A stretch of DNA of 64,000 nt, taken from assembly GCA_002269645.1 (NCBI GenBank), contig NIVC01001665.1, positions 190,095 through 254,094 on the forward strand, in the 5' to 3' direction. Below the pieces are notes generated by a model. The model was not told where the DNA came from. It was given only the letters and a program-made list of their open reading frames with translations, and did no database searches. The stretch is from Macrostomum lignano (Eukaryota). Position numbers and translations under genes: made by a program. Shown one piece after another: positions 37,853 to 51,700 of the stretch. How positions within the stretch are numbered: position 1 is the first letter of the stretch; each line of letters starts with the position of its first letter.

Positions 37853-38359
37853 TGTGACTGCGAAAATTTTATCTACGTTTCGGCACAAAAAATTTTTGGT
37901 TGTTTTCTGATCAGTTTTTTAATATTGATGCTATTAAATGCTATATACAGTATAAAAATTACCTGAGTCGAGTAATAAGGTACCAAATGACGGCTATACG
38001 AGTATTTTCGACGAAACTCGAATTGTACTCACCATTATTATTGCTCTGTGCATTTCTCTATGCAGTTTGCTTTTCTGGTTTGAGACCAGATTCTAAGAAA
38101 ATGTTTATGTGATGTGCTTTTCTTAGTACAGTGCACGTTTGTCCATAAGAAGTGTTTCTTTCGCTAAATCGCGGCCCAAATAAAGTGAAGTCAAGATAAA
38201 TAACAAAACTAGAGTGCAGAAAGTAGAACCACAAGATACGTTCATAACAGCTTAGAAAATGTAACAAATTAGACTATATGTTCCAAATTAGACTAAAAGT
38301 TTATATAGCAGCGAATTTATGAACCTGACGGTCGCTTTTGACTGTCTGGGCTGACTGTT

Positions 38360-38690
<331 letters not shown>

Positions 38691-41600
38691 GATCTGCATT
38701 TCACTGTACTCAAGAGTTTAAACTTCATTACCAGTTAGACTTCTTTTCATTGTACGAGCCAAAAAAGGACAGACAAGGACAGTATGCAAGTTTGCAAAAT
38801 AGTCACACTCTTATGATATGCTATGGTCCTTGAACTAAAGTAGTCGCATTACAAAGTTATACAAATCGGGCATCTATTTAAAAGCGGTTGAAATTCTTCA
38901 CACCTGTCATAAGTTTTACCTGTCGATTTGCATGTGACCAAACCCGGGCTGCATGAGAATACCTGCTGTACTCTGTCTGGGCTGTGGCGCTGAAAAATAC
39001 AACCGCAAGGCCTCGTCCCCTATAGAATTTGTCCACTCTGGATGGTGCGATAGCCGACGACGACGTTGCGGCCAAGATCTCATTATCTAGACAGTAAGCG
39101 GGCCTGGGTTGTTTGACCGTACACGCCAAAGACGTTGGCCGTCACACCTGTGCTCCTGGAACCTAGAGGAGTACATCACCCGGTAAAAGCTTCCATGCAC
39201 TATTGCTAACGAGACGGGAATCCCGGTCTAGCTAGCTATACATGTATAGCAGACTGAGGTTCTTGACCCCTACTGTACTACTAGAACTGCAGATTAAGGG
39301 ACTCAGCTATGCGAGGCATACAAGGGACAGTGCTGGAAACGAGTACTTTAATTGCATATGGGGAGCTTTAGTTGGTAGGCGACTTTAGGCTACTCCCTCC
39401 TAATCCCCAGGATCCCAATGGTGCAGGGATAATAGAAAACTCCATCTTAATGTCTTTCCCTCCTAGATGGGCTTGCATGATGCAGCAAGGGATGGGGAAG
39501 TGCAGGTTCCAGAACTCTCTCATGGTGCACATCTTACAGGGACTTACTTAGAAATACTGTTGATTATTTGAATGCATTCGGTTTATACTCGGTGATTTTC
39601 CGCTCTGATCCCCAGCTTACATTCCATCCTGCGAGAGACACAATCTCTCTCATACTTCATGATTTCACGGTTCATGGCAAATGAGAAAATAGGCAGACCA
39701 AAATTTCTGGAAATGAACTTGACACTAATAGTCCGGTTAATTATTAAGGTGAGTTGGATTAAAAATGAGTATTAGAAGATGCGGTGAGCTTTTATTTATA
39801 CCCCTGAGATCACGCGACACGCGATCATGGGAGCGTGATGCGTGATATTGAAGGCCGTGACGTATCCTCGACCTCCGTTACCAAACAATCCTGATGAAAG
39901 TCACGATTGCCAGCCGCGCTGTGATTGGACGAGAAATTGGTTTGGGGCGCAGTGGAGAAAAATGATTTATGATGAAGAGCTGCACTACATAACAGGCGAG
40001 AAAAAGTTTGGAGAGATATTATAGGGCCGGTCATAAAACTGTCACACGCATGAATCATTTCGAGCAATAGATGCGAAGTGGGGTTGGGGTGGGCGATAAC
40101 ATGACATCATCACATCAGATCACACAGGCGCAACAAGAATCACAGGGAAAGAAAGGGAGGGTGCACACAAAAGTTAGTGAGGAGGCCCACCAGAACGTGA
40201 TTACATATAACGTAGCTGTTACATGCACGTGTATGCTACTTACACTGGACAGCAGGTCCAACTGTACGTTGTCAAAACAACGTGGCTCAATCAGTCAGCT
40301 AGGTTGCGCTCTGGTTGGCTCTACCCCAGTTGCGTGTTGGTGTGGGCAGACTTGAAATCCCGTGGCCCCGGAGTTTGCCTAACAGAACTTGTCTCTTCTT
40401 GGGTCGATCTCGCATGAGCTCCGACTGATAGCATATGTAATTGCATTTTATGTACATGCATGTAGGATTAATAAGTTTTGTAGATAATAATTGTCAAGAA
40501 TATACATGCCGTAATTGCGCACATGTACGTCATGATGAAGCGCTATATTTTACTCGTAATTTAAAACGAAGTATTTTTACATACACCGAGTAGTGAGCTG
40601 CTAGTTTGGTGTTAGTCGTCACACTAATGTCAGCAGTTTCCCTCGCCCTTGCCTTCGCCCCGGATTGCTGTCTGCCGTTGGGCAGCCCTCCCCTTTCTCT
40701 GCCTGTTCTCTGTCGCCCCCCTCTTCTCTGCGCTCTTGCTTGCGGCCACGCGGGCATCTCTGCTGTGGCCTCCTCTGCGTTTTGTTTCTGTCCTGATCGG
40801 TCACGCTGGTGGTCTGTTTCCCTAAAAAAGATACATGTACATGTTAGAGATGACTCATGTTTCTAAAAATAGATACTGATCGTCATTCGGCTTCTTCCAA
40901 GAAAAACAGCAGTATAACTATTTAATTCTGTTGAATGTTTGACTGCCTTAACAACCTCTGCACTTAGCATAATTTTTCACTTTCTTCTTGGCGATTGTCA
41001 TTCAATAATAAAAACTTTATAGCACGTATATCTCCCTCTAGTTATGGAGACAAAAAGTTATACTTCACAAATTGGTTCTGGTTCTGGAACCAGAACAAGC
41101 AATATGAAAAGGCCCATGTCTAGAAGGCGAGGTGACGTCAGTTCTAAAAATAGAACAGAGTCATGAGGTCCAACGCACACTGGCGCAGCCGTGATTCCCT
41201 GCCTAGCTATACATGTAAATACGTGCCCTGTAATACGTGCCATGTAAATACATGTAAATTGGACCCTTGGTTCAGTCAAAATCGGAGTCTAATTTTGTTT
41301 GGACCAGTTTTCCAGTTTTCGTTATTGTTCTCTAAGACTCAAGTCTTCTGTCAGTCCCAGTTGCCCATTCTAGCTATCTGTAATTGGCCTGACTAAACTT
41401 AGACGCCCAGGCCTAAAAGGAGCTAATACACAGCTGCCTTCCCAACCACCCACTGAGCCCGGCAGGATCTGCTGACTTGCAGGACACCTTGTTCGTTAAC
41501 TTGCAAATCTGCACGCTGTGCTGAGTTCGTTGACTTGTTTATTTCGTTCAGAACAGTAGCTCACCTCATCGAAGCCCGAGGCCTGAAGGAACTGGTGGCA

Positions 41601-42934
41601 GCACTACCTACGTACGCTACTGAGTTAAGGCTTCCGGTTAAGGAAGATGAGAGCTCAAACCCAAATCACTGTGCCAGACGGCCGAAGAAACACAGGTGCA
41701 ACATTGGTGGCAGCGGTGGGATTTTAAGACCTACCAGGCCATCCCGAAAAAGCCAACTGTACTTTCACATGTAGTTGGTTAATGGTTGGTTGACATGTTT
41801 TTGCTTCTAAATGGTCTTAATGTATATAATGTCGTCAATTCTACCGAAAATTTCTGTAGATAAAAAGTTTTCAAAAGATTTTTATTACATTTTTTATATT
41901 TTATCTAGATGTATGTGTTTATGTGCAAATAAAGTAGACTTAACATCATTATTTATATATGATGCTTTTATCGAAAATGTATCTGTTTAAATGCACTATT
42001 GAGGCGCTAATTCGAAGGTTAATTTCAGATCATGATGGTGTCTTAAGATTTTTTATTTTAAAACTAACGTTCCAGTATTGGGTGCCGGTGCTGGGGGCAT
42101 TTTAATTGTTGTTGCATACTAGTTATTATTTGTTGCTGGCTGTTGGTTTCATTAGGCCTATCTAGGAAAGTAACATTGATATTTAACTTCTTCGACCGAA
42201 ACAAATATCGCCTTTAATTATTAAAATAATTGCAGACCATGCTTGCTTTGACAACAGACTGTCACACTGTCAAATAATTAAATAACTTCAATCGCAATTT
42301 GAATCCATCATTCAATTTATCATGCTACGCTAGTTTTTTTAAAATAAACTTTTTTTTGTTTAGTTTTTTAAAATACCTTTTGCATTTTTTTTCCTTACTA
42401 ATTAGTATTTTGGTGGATTTTTATTAGGGTGCTGGTAAACTTGTCAACTTTTTTTCGTCAACTGGCTTAGCTGTAAATTCGTCAACTGTTAAATTCATCA
42501 ACTGGTAAATTTGTCAAATGGTAGGGCCTAAATTCATCAACTGGTAAATTCATCAGCATAGTAGGCCTACAGTATGTTCAGCTGTCTCAGTGCACAGATA
42601 AAACAGATTCATAAAAGCAATGAGCCAAGCTGTGTCATTGTAATGCTGGTTTTTAGGCACAGGACATGACAATTGTCAATTGTGATAATGCCTGCCTTTA
42701 CTGTTGCCAGATCAGTAAATCATCTATCGCCAGAATTTTTTCTAGATTGACTGGACAAGAGACAACAGTGCATTGCGGCATCTAGCAGTCTGCCATGTAA
42801 AACATGATCAAATATGATAAAATTAAAAACAATGAAACCAAGAATCTTCTATCTTAACCTAGTTAGCCTAGAAGATTGCAATTAATTGTTAGGCCTATAG
42901 GATCCTAATCCTAATCAATTTTAATTTTATTAGT

Positions 42935-43292
42935 TTTTTTTAGAGACAGGGGGTTGTATGCACCCTGGCGCACTTTAAGCGACATAGGCACACAACCAGC
43001 GAGAGGCATTACTGCCCATTCCGCCAACTCCCCTGAGCAGGCATACAGGCACGCGGATATGTACACAAGCACACTCACATAGGAGTAGGCCTATATAGCG
43101 GCCCTAACTTTATATTATTGTTAGGCATATGCACTTCACTGCGCCTTGGGGGGTTGGCTCTCAAGGCCGTTAATTGCACAAGCAGAGCCAAGCTGAGATT
43201 CCAATTCAGCCCCAAATTAATGTGACTGCACTTGGAATTGAGCCTGGGTCGCTGGCACACCAGAGTAGCTACGCTACCGCTAGGCTATGGCC
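42935..43292 (-). mobile_element. tRNA-derived SINE
   Basis: The minus strand begins GGCCATAGCCTAGCGGTAGCG (A box) ... CCAGGCTCAATTCC (B-box-like) and ends in an A-rich tail. The body is homologous to 57900-58205. Confidence 0.75.
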
Positions 43293-45718
43293 CCCTGATT
43301 TTTTATCAGTTTTGATAAATTTAATGTGTTAACAAAAATATTACTTAGGCTAGGCCTAATTACCTGTATGCCCAACCTTAAAATTTCACCTAGATTTGCA
43401 ACTTAGTTACTCCTAATTGCGACTTAGTTCTTCTTGATTGCAATTTAGTTCTCCCAAATGTGACTTAATTTTCACTTTGTATATGACTATTATTTCTTTT
43501 TGCCTCTCCTCTTTCCTCTCTCTCTCTCTCCTTTTCCTTTTCTCTTCCTTTTTTTCTCCCATTTTTTTTGTTTTTTTTTGCATTTTTGATCTTGCAACTT
43601 ACCTTGGCTGGTGGCCATTTTACCTATCTAGTTAGACAGGTCAGATGGGTGTTGGGCATGTATGCTTAATTAACTTTTTATGCATGTATAAATTAAAACC
43701 TTATTGCTTTTGCTTCTGTTTGCATCTACTATACACTTTATTATACTGTATATCAGTTAGACACTATACAAACCTTGGTAAACTCATCAACACAGTTGAC
43801 AAGTTTACCCAGATCTGATTTTTGTATTATCTAACTAACTAGGTCTAGTCTCATTTTTCATTGATAATCTGGAAACTAATTCAGAGTGGGAATCTGAATT
43901 TTGCTGGCCTAGGCTAGGCCATAGCTGTAAAGGACTAGGTGTAGGCCTAGCTATTTTCTATTTTTAGTCTGGATCAAACTGAGTTGAGTGCATGCCAGAA
44001 TACTTCAAACTAATGCACACAAATGCCAAGCCGATGTATGCCAACACTAATCACAGTTGCAACAATAAAGGACTTTTTTAGCAGTTTTTAATTTCTATAA
44101 AAAACTTTAATAATTTTAAACTAATTTAATGGTATGTTTATATATGTTTATATATATATATATATGTTTATATATATATGAATGTATTTACTAAAAAGTG
44201 TATATTTCTAATAATTTCTAAATATATATCTTATTATTCGGTTGGGGAGAAAGTTCCCGCAGTTTCTAGAACTTTCTGGAACATTCCAGAGCCTAGATAT
44301 ATATATATATTTATAGTTTTATATATTAATATAAAACCCTAGAATAAATTGACATACACAACTATAATAGCATAAAAAAGCATTTCATTCTACTAAAGTT
44401 TAAAGAAATACAATCACTTCAAATTTAGAATTATCAAACCATTACAATAATATCTAGGTCTATCACCAAAAGGATCTTTTTCTTGTCACCAAAACAATTG
44501 TCACTGAAATTACTATGATTTAACCCTAGTGCCTATATGTACTATTAAATAAAATAAAATATGGTATTCAACCTATTAATAGATTTAGGCTATTTAGACA
44601 ACTAAAGTTTTTATTCCAGCTATAAAATGATTTTTAAGGAGACTATGCAGATAAATTGCATATGGTCATAGTCAAAAGGTGGCTAGAAATTATTCTAGAT
44701 AGTATTATGTGTATCAGAGTAAATTCCCCTTATTTTTTATACTGTGACATTTTTCTTTTGCCATTTATTGAAGATTTTTTCATAGCCTAAAAACAAAGTT
44801 AAAGACAAATTGTTTATCAATTTCTGGTCAAATTTTTTCTTAGCCTCAGTTTTAATTCAAACTTTGAGTAGTCTTCTATGTTAATAATAAAATTAATAAT
44901 TGTTATAATTGTTATAAAACCAAACCTAAATGAAATACAACAAATGAATAAAATGATTAAAAATCCTATTCTTATCATTGAAGAAATAAATTTGTGTCAT
45001 GCACATAATTGTTAACCATGTGCTATTTTAGTATAACTAGTCTAAAATAGAGTTTTTCAATCTATGTTATTATTCTTTATATAGAAAAATAGGGAAAGCT
45101 TTAGGCCTAGCTCTTATTAAAAAACACATATTAGAAAATCTTTTAAGTAAGATTAAACAATATTTTTTTGACTGAAAAAAATATAGTAACTTTACTACTA
45201 TTAAGGAAAAATAATAAATAATAATTCATTATTATAAAGTAGGTATCAAATATAAGTAATATTTGACAATTATAGTATTACATTTTGCCATCTTTTATAG
45301 ACAAAGCTTAAAAGATACAAGTTCAAGCATAAAATGTTATTATAAAATTTAGAGCCAATGGTATAAATTATTTTTGTTTTTAATATTATTCTAATATTCA
45401 AAATTATGCCTGCCATATAAGGTAAGATATTTAAAAAAAGTTGGCCAAATATGATCATAGTATGGTAAATCATGGGTAAAATATATTGCAAGTCATAAAT
45501 CTAAAATATGGACTTTTGTAATTTTTTACTACTTAGCCTATTTTCTAATGTAAAGTGCTTTTTACACAAAAATTAGCTACGCTTAGCTAAGATTTTTAAA
45601 AATATAGTTAAAAATATTAATGATAACCTTTAAAATCTTATTGAAATCCATACATCAGAATGAAAAATAAACATACTATATCCTTTTATAAATTTTCTTG
45701 CCAAAAATATTGCTGCAC

Positions 45719-48700
45719 ATGGATAGCAACGACAATTCAACAGAATTAGTTGCCAATAATAACAGTGAGAGCATGAAGAAGTGCGATGCCACTGATATTG
45801 ACACAACTATCAGTGCGATAATTGATGATGACGATAATAGCATCGGGAACAAGGACAACAGATCGGAATTAGTCAGTGAAAAGGGTGGCAGCCAAGGTGG
45901 CTGTAATAGCTATAAAGCCAACAATGACAGGCACACAGCTGCTCCTAATGATGAAGGAGGAGATGAGGATTACGATTCCGATGTGGCCAGAGATCTATTA
46001 GAAACATTCGGAGGCCCTGATGGCGACGAGAACGACATGATGGCGGCTGACTCTGGCGCCGCTTCCAGCTCTAACCGTAGCGCTGGTAGGCGGCCATTGT
46101 CAGCTGACCAGTGCAGCATCTGCCGTCAGCAGCTCACTGAACCAGTGCTGCTGGCCTGTCTGCACAGATTCGATTTGGCCTGTCTGCGCAGCTCATCGGC
46201 CGGCTCAGGCGGCGATGACTTTCTGTTAATCTGTCCAACTTGTAGTACGCCTACAGTGCTTAATCCTCGTTCTGGCCTGGCCGGATTAACTAAGGATTAT
46301 CTGTATCTGCACGAGCTTGAAGCGGCCAGGTATAATGACTTAAATGCCAACATTTCTACCCGCATCTTTTACACTGTTGACCTCTGACTCACATAAGCTG
46401 AATTTAGTTTGAAAATTCCCATTATATGTACGCGTTGTTGCCAATGAAGTTTCTTTAAAATTGTCCAAAATTGAATTATCTACCCTAAAAAATCGCCCAA
46501 AAATCAACCAGAAATTGCCTTAAAAATTAGTCATAAACTTCCTTAAATATCGGCCATAAACTGCCTTGAATATTGGCCATAAACTGCCCTAAATATCGGC
46601 CATAAACTGCCCTAAATATCGGCCATAAACTGCCCTAAATATCGGCCATAAACTGCCCTAAATATCGGCCATAAACTGCCTTAAATATCGGCCATAAACC
46701 GCCCTAAATATCGACCATAAATTGCCTTAAAAATCAAGCATAAACTGCCATAAACTGCCTTGAATATTGGCCTTAACTGCCTTAAATATTGGCCATAAAC
46801 TGCCTTGAATATTGGCCATAAACTGCCTTAAATATTGGCCATAAACTGCCTTAAATATTGGCCATAAACTGCCTTGAATATTGGCCATAAACTGCCTTAA
46901 ATATTGGCCATAAACTGCCTTAAATATCAGCCATAAATTGCCTCAAATATCAGCCATAAACTGCCTTAAATATCAGCCATAAACCACCTTAAATATCGGC
47001 CATAAACCGCCTTAAAAATTGCTTTAAAATGCCAAACTGCATTAAGCATCTTTCACAAACCGCCCTAAAATCCCCCATAAACTGTCCCGACAATTGCTCA
47101 AATTCATAGAACTATTGAATAATAAATGCTTGCTCAGATCGGTGGAGTCAGCAGACCCGTCTACGGCAGCCGCGGCCGCTGCCGCCGCCTCCAGCAGTCA
47201 GAAGCGAGTGAAATGCGGCGGCTGCACCACCGGAGCCGAAGCCGTTGCCAAGTGCACCGAGTGCGCCGATTTCCTGTGCGGCTCCTGCCGCGCCGCCCAC
47301 TCGGTGATGAAAATGTTTAGCAAGCATCACGTTGAAGAGATTACGCCGGAAGATTTAGAAACTGACACGCCGTTGCAGTTGCAGAAGCCAATCTTTTGCT
47401 TCGATCATCCGCAGGTAAAGTATTGCAATTTTACTACTTAAAGTAGGCTTTATTATGAGTGTGCTTATTATTTCTATTTTATTCCTTTCATTTTTTCCAG
47501 GAGCAGCTGAAGTACTATTGTCAAGACTGCGGCACCCTGCACTGTCCCGAGTGCGTCGCCATGGATCACAAGCAGCACGTTGTTGACAAAGTTGCTGATG
47601 CATTTCCTCAAGTGAGATGAAATACAATGTACACTCGCGCCAACCCATAGTCCGCCCCAGCCCCCAATGTACACTCATGTAAACCAGAACACTGCCTGAA
47701 TATACTCACGAAAACATAAACCCTGCCCGAAGGTACACTCGCTCTAACCCACAGCCTGCCCCAATGTACACTCGCTCTAACCCACAGCCTGCCCCAATGT
47801 ACACTCAGGCTAACCCACAGCCTGCCCCAATGTACACTCAGGTTAACCCACAGCCTGTCCCAATGTATACTCACGATAACCCACAGCCTGCCCCAATGTA
47901 CACTCACGCTAACCCACAGCCTGCCCCAATGTACACTCACGCTAACCCAGCCTGCCCCAATGTATACTCACGGTAACCCAGACTGTCTGCCCCATTGTAC
48001 CGGTAAACTCACTAACCCAGAGACTGCCCCAATGTACACTCACTGTCATAAACCAGAGAGAGAGAAAGAGAGAAGAGAGAAACAAAACACGCTGTCATAC
48101 GCTCACCTGCCCCATTGTACTCTCACGCTATCCTAAACCCTGCCCCAATGTACACTCACGCTGTCATAAACCCTGTCCCAGTGTACACTCACGCTATTCT
48201 AAACACTGCCCCAATGTACACTCACGTTAACCCATAGCCTGTCCCAATGTACACTCACGCTATCATAAACCCTGCCCCAGTGTACACTCACGCTATTCTA
48301 AACACTGCCCCAATGTACACTCACGTTAACCCATAGCCTGTCCCAATGTACACTCACGCTATCATAAACCCTGCCCCAGTGTACACTCACGCTATTCTAA
48401 ACACTGCCCCAATGTACACTCACGTTAACCCATAGCCTGTCCCAATGTACACTCACGCTGTCCTAAACCCTGCCCCAGTGTACACTCACGCTATTCTAAA
48501 CACTGCCCCAATGTACACTCACGTTAACCCATAGCCTGTCCCAATGTACACTCACGCTATCATAAACCCTGCCCCAGTGTACACTCACGCTATTCTAAAC
48601 ACTGCCCCAATGTACACTCACGTTAACCCATAGCCTGTCCCAATGTACACTCCCGCTATCCTAAACCCTGCCCCAATGTACACTCCCGCTATCCTAAACC

Positions 48701-51700
48701 CTGCCCCAATGTACACTCCCGCTATCCTAAACCCTGCCCCAATGTACACTCCCGCTATCCTAAACCCTGCCCCAATGTACACTCGCACTCTATCCATCTC
48801 ACTCTCCCATCAAGGTGGACGCGGACCTGTCAGTCGGCCTCACTCAACTAAGCAATTCTCGCGACCGTTGGGAAACCGAGCTGGCCTCTCTCCAAGAGAA
48901 GCTGGAAGAGATTCGGGACAGCCGCGAGCAGAACGCCGGCGCAATTGCCGAAGCCGTCGCCTCTTATCGGGCCTTTGTTGAAGAGATTGGCGAGACTGCC
49001 GCTAAAGAGAATCGCCGTCTGCATGATGATTTAGAAATGAAGGTAAGGCTTTTCTTATTTTAAATTCGGCAAAAAATATTGTCATTAAAAAACGCTAAAT
49101 CGTCAGGAAAAATAGCCGATTTAATCCTCCTTTAGTCGTCTAGAAAATCTCTGAGTCAATGGGGAGTCTTCCTTAGTCATGAGGCAATCTCCTAAAGTTA
49201 TGGGGAAATCTTTCTGACTCATGAAATTGTGAAATCTCCCTTAGTCATTGTGAAATCTCCCTAAGTCATTGTGAAATCTCCCTAAGTCATTGTGAAATCT
49301 CCCTAAGTCGATGGGAAATCTCCCTAAGTCATTGTGAAATCTCCCTAAGTCATTGTGAAATCTCCCTAAGTCAATGTGAAATCTCCCTAAGTCATTCTGA
49401 AATCTCCCTAAGTCATTGTGAAATCTCCCTAAGTCAATGTGAAATCTCCCTAAGTCAATGTGAAATCTCCCTAAGTCATTGTGAAATCTCCCTAAGTCAT
49501 TGTGAAATCTCCCTAAGTCAATGTGAAATCTCCCTAAGTCAATGTGAAATCTCCCTAAGTCAATGTGAAATCTCCCTAAGTCAATGGGAAATCTCCCTAA
49601 GTCAATGTGAAATCTCCCTGAGTCAATGGGAAATCTCCCTAAGTCAATGGGAAATCTCCCTAAGTCAATAGGAAATCTTTCTAAGTCATTGGGAAATCTC
49701 CCTAAGCCATTATGAAATCTCAGTTAGCCATTGAGAAATCTCCCTTGAAGCCATCAGGAAATTTCCTTAAATCATTCAGAATCTTTAAGTCATGAGGAAA
49801 TTCCCCTAAGTCATGGGGAATTCTCCCCAAGTCTCTAAGTCCCTAAATATTCCCAAGCCAAGTTTATTAGAACACTGGAATTACTGGAACAATCAATTAA
49901 TTCGCACTCTAAACACGCGCCGCCGCCAGGTGATGGAGCTGCTAGAAGCCACCAGCCGCGGGGTGGACCAAATGTCCGAAGCCGAGCAATTCGTCCGCCA
50001 ATACCGCGAGCGCGCCGGTGCCGGCACCCTGGCCTACGCTAGGAAACTCCTAGTGGACTGGATGGCCACCCTGACTAGGAATCACTGGGACACCGGCCTG
50101 ATCACTAGCATCCCGTTTCAGGCTAATCATCCCCGGGTTCGAGCCCTGCTCGAAGCCAATTTCGGCACATTCGGCAACAGTTCGGAATCTGCTTCGCTCG
50201 GTTCCGCCGCCGCAGCCGGCTCTGTGGATCAGTTCGATCCTCAACTGATGCTGCAGCATCACGCTCAGCATCAGAACGCCGAACTGATGAAGCCGCACAT
50301 GCTGGCTAGCAACGCACCGGCTACGGTTGTACCGCCGCAGGTGCTCTACGGATTGCCGCAATCGGCGGCTGCAGCTGTCGCCGCTGCCGATACCACCGCG
50401 GCGGTTGTTTCATCGGCCTCGGTAGCTTCGTCAATTGCCGGCGTTGTCGATGGAGTCGGCGGTGCCAACAGTCTGATCAGCAGCATGCTGGCCGCTAAAC
50501 TCAGTCTGGATGTCGGCGGTGTCGGCGTCGGAAGCGGTGTCGGAGGTGGCGGTGGCGGCGCTGTCGGTCCCGTGTCGCCAATAATCGGTACAACGCCCAG
50601 AGCGATGACGCCGAACTCCATGGACTTCATGGGCGGCGGCGGCGGCGGCGGCCGATCCATTGGCAGCGGCGGCAGTGGCGGCGGCGGCGGAGGTGGCGGC
50701 GGTGGAATGCCATTCCCGAATCGGAACGGCCGCTGCGGGAACATGACTGTCCGGTTTCGCTGGGGCTCGCTAGGCTCGTCGCGCGGTCAGTTTAATTCGC
50801 CGCATGGTTTCTGCCTCGGCTCTGACGAGGATATTGTTGTGGCTGACACTCAGAACCACCGGATTCAGGTGTTCGACAAGACCGGCGAGCACAAGTTCCA
50901 GTTCGGCGTGGCCGGCCGCGACGAGGGGCAGCTGTGGTATCCGAGAAAGGTGAGGGATTTGATCTGGGAGGCTGGTAGCTTTATTTTTAGGGATCTAGGA
51001 GGCTGGTAGCTTAATCTGGGAGGCTGGTAGCTTAATCTGGGAGGCTGGTAGCTTAATCTGGGAGGCTGGCAGCTTAATCTGGGAGGCTGGTAGCTTAATC
51101 TGGGAGGCTGGTAGCTTAATCTGGGAGGCTGGCAGCTTAATCTGGGAGGCTGGCAGCTTAATCTGGGAGGCTGGTAGCTTAATCTGGGAGGCTGGTAGCT
51201 TAATCTGGGAGGCTGGTAGCTTAATCTGGGAGGCTGGCAGCTTAATCTGGGGATCTGGGAGGCTGGTAGCTTTAATTTAGGGATCTGGGAGGCAGGTAGC
51301 TTAATCTGAGGATCTGGGAGGCTGGTAGCTTAATCTGAGGATCTGGAAGGCTGGTAGCTTAATCTGAGGATCTGGGAGGCTGGTAGCTTAATCTGAGGAT
51401 CTGGGAGGCCGGTAGCTTTAATTTAGGGATCTGGGAGGCTGGTAGCTTTAATTTGGAGACCTGGGAGGCCGGTAGCTTTAATTTGGGGACCTGGGAGGCC
51501 GGTAGCTTTAATTTGGGGACCTGGGAGGCTGGTAGCTTTAATTTGGGGACCTGGGAGGCTGGTAGCTTTAATTTGGGACCTGGGATGCCGGTAGTTTTCT
51601 AAGAATGTGAGAGTTACAGTTGCAGAAATTCACATAAAAGAACCCAAAAATCTGAATAAATACATCCATTCGACTGTACACTCGCTCCCGTTGCCAGGTA

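Noticed and set aside
38878-41774. Scattered 60-95 aa ORFs and GC-richer patches
   Set aside because: No motif, coherent exon chain or repeat termini could be supported; probably decayed mobile DNA.
50050-50744. Antisense Pro-rich ORFs overlapping mei-P26 exon 5
   Set aside because: Mirror of Gly/Ala-rich (GGC)n coding sequence on the opposite strand.
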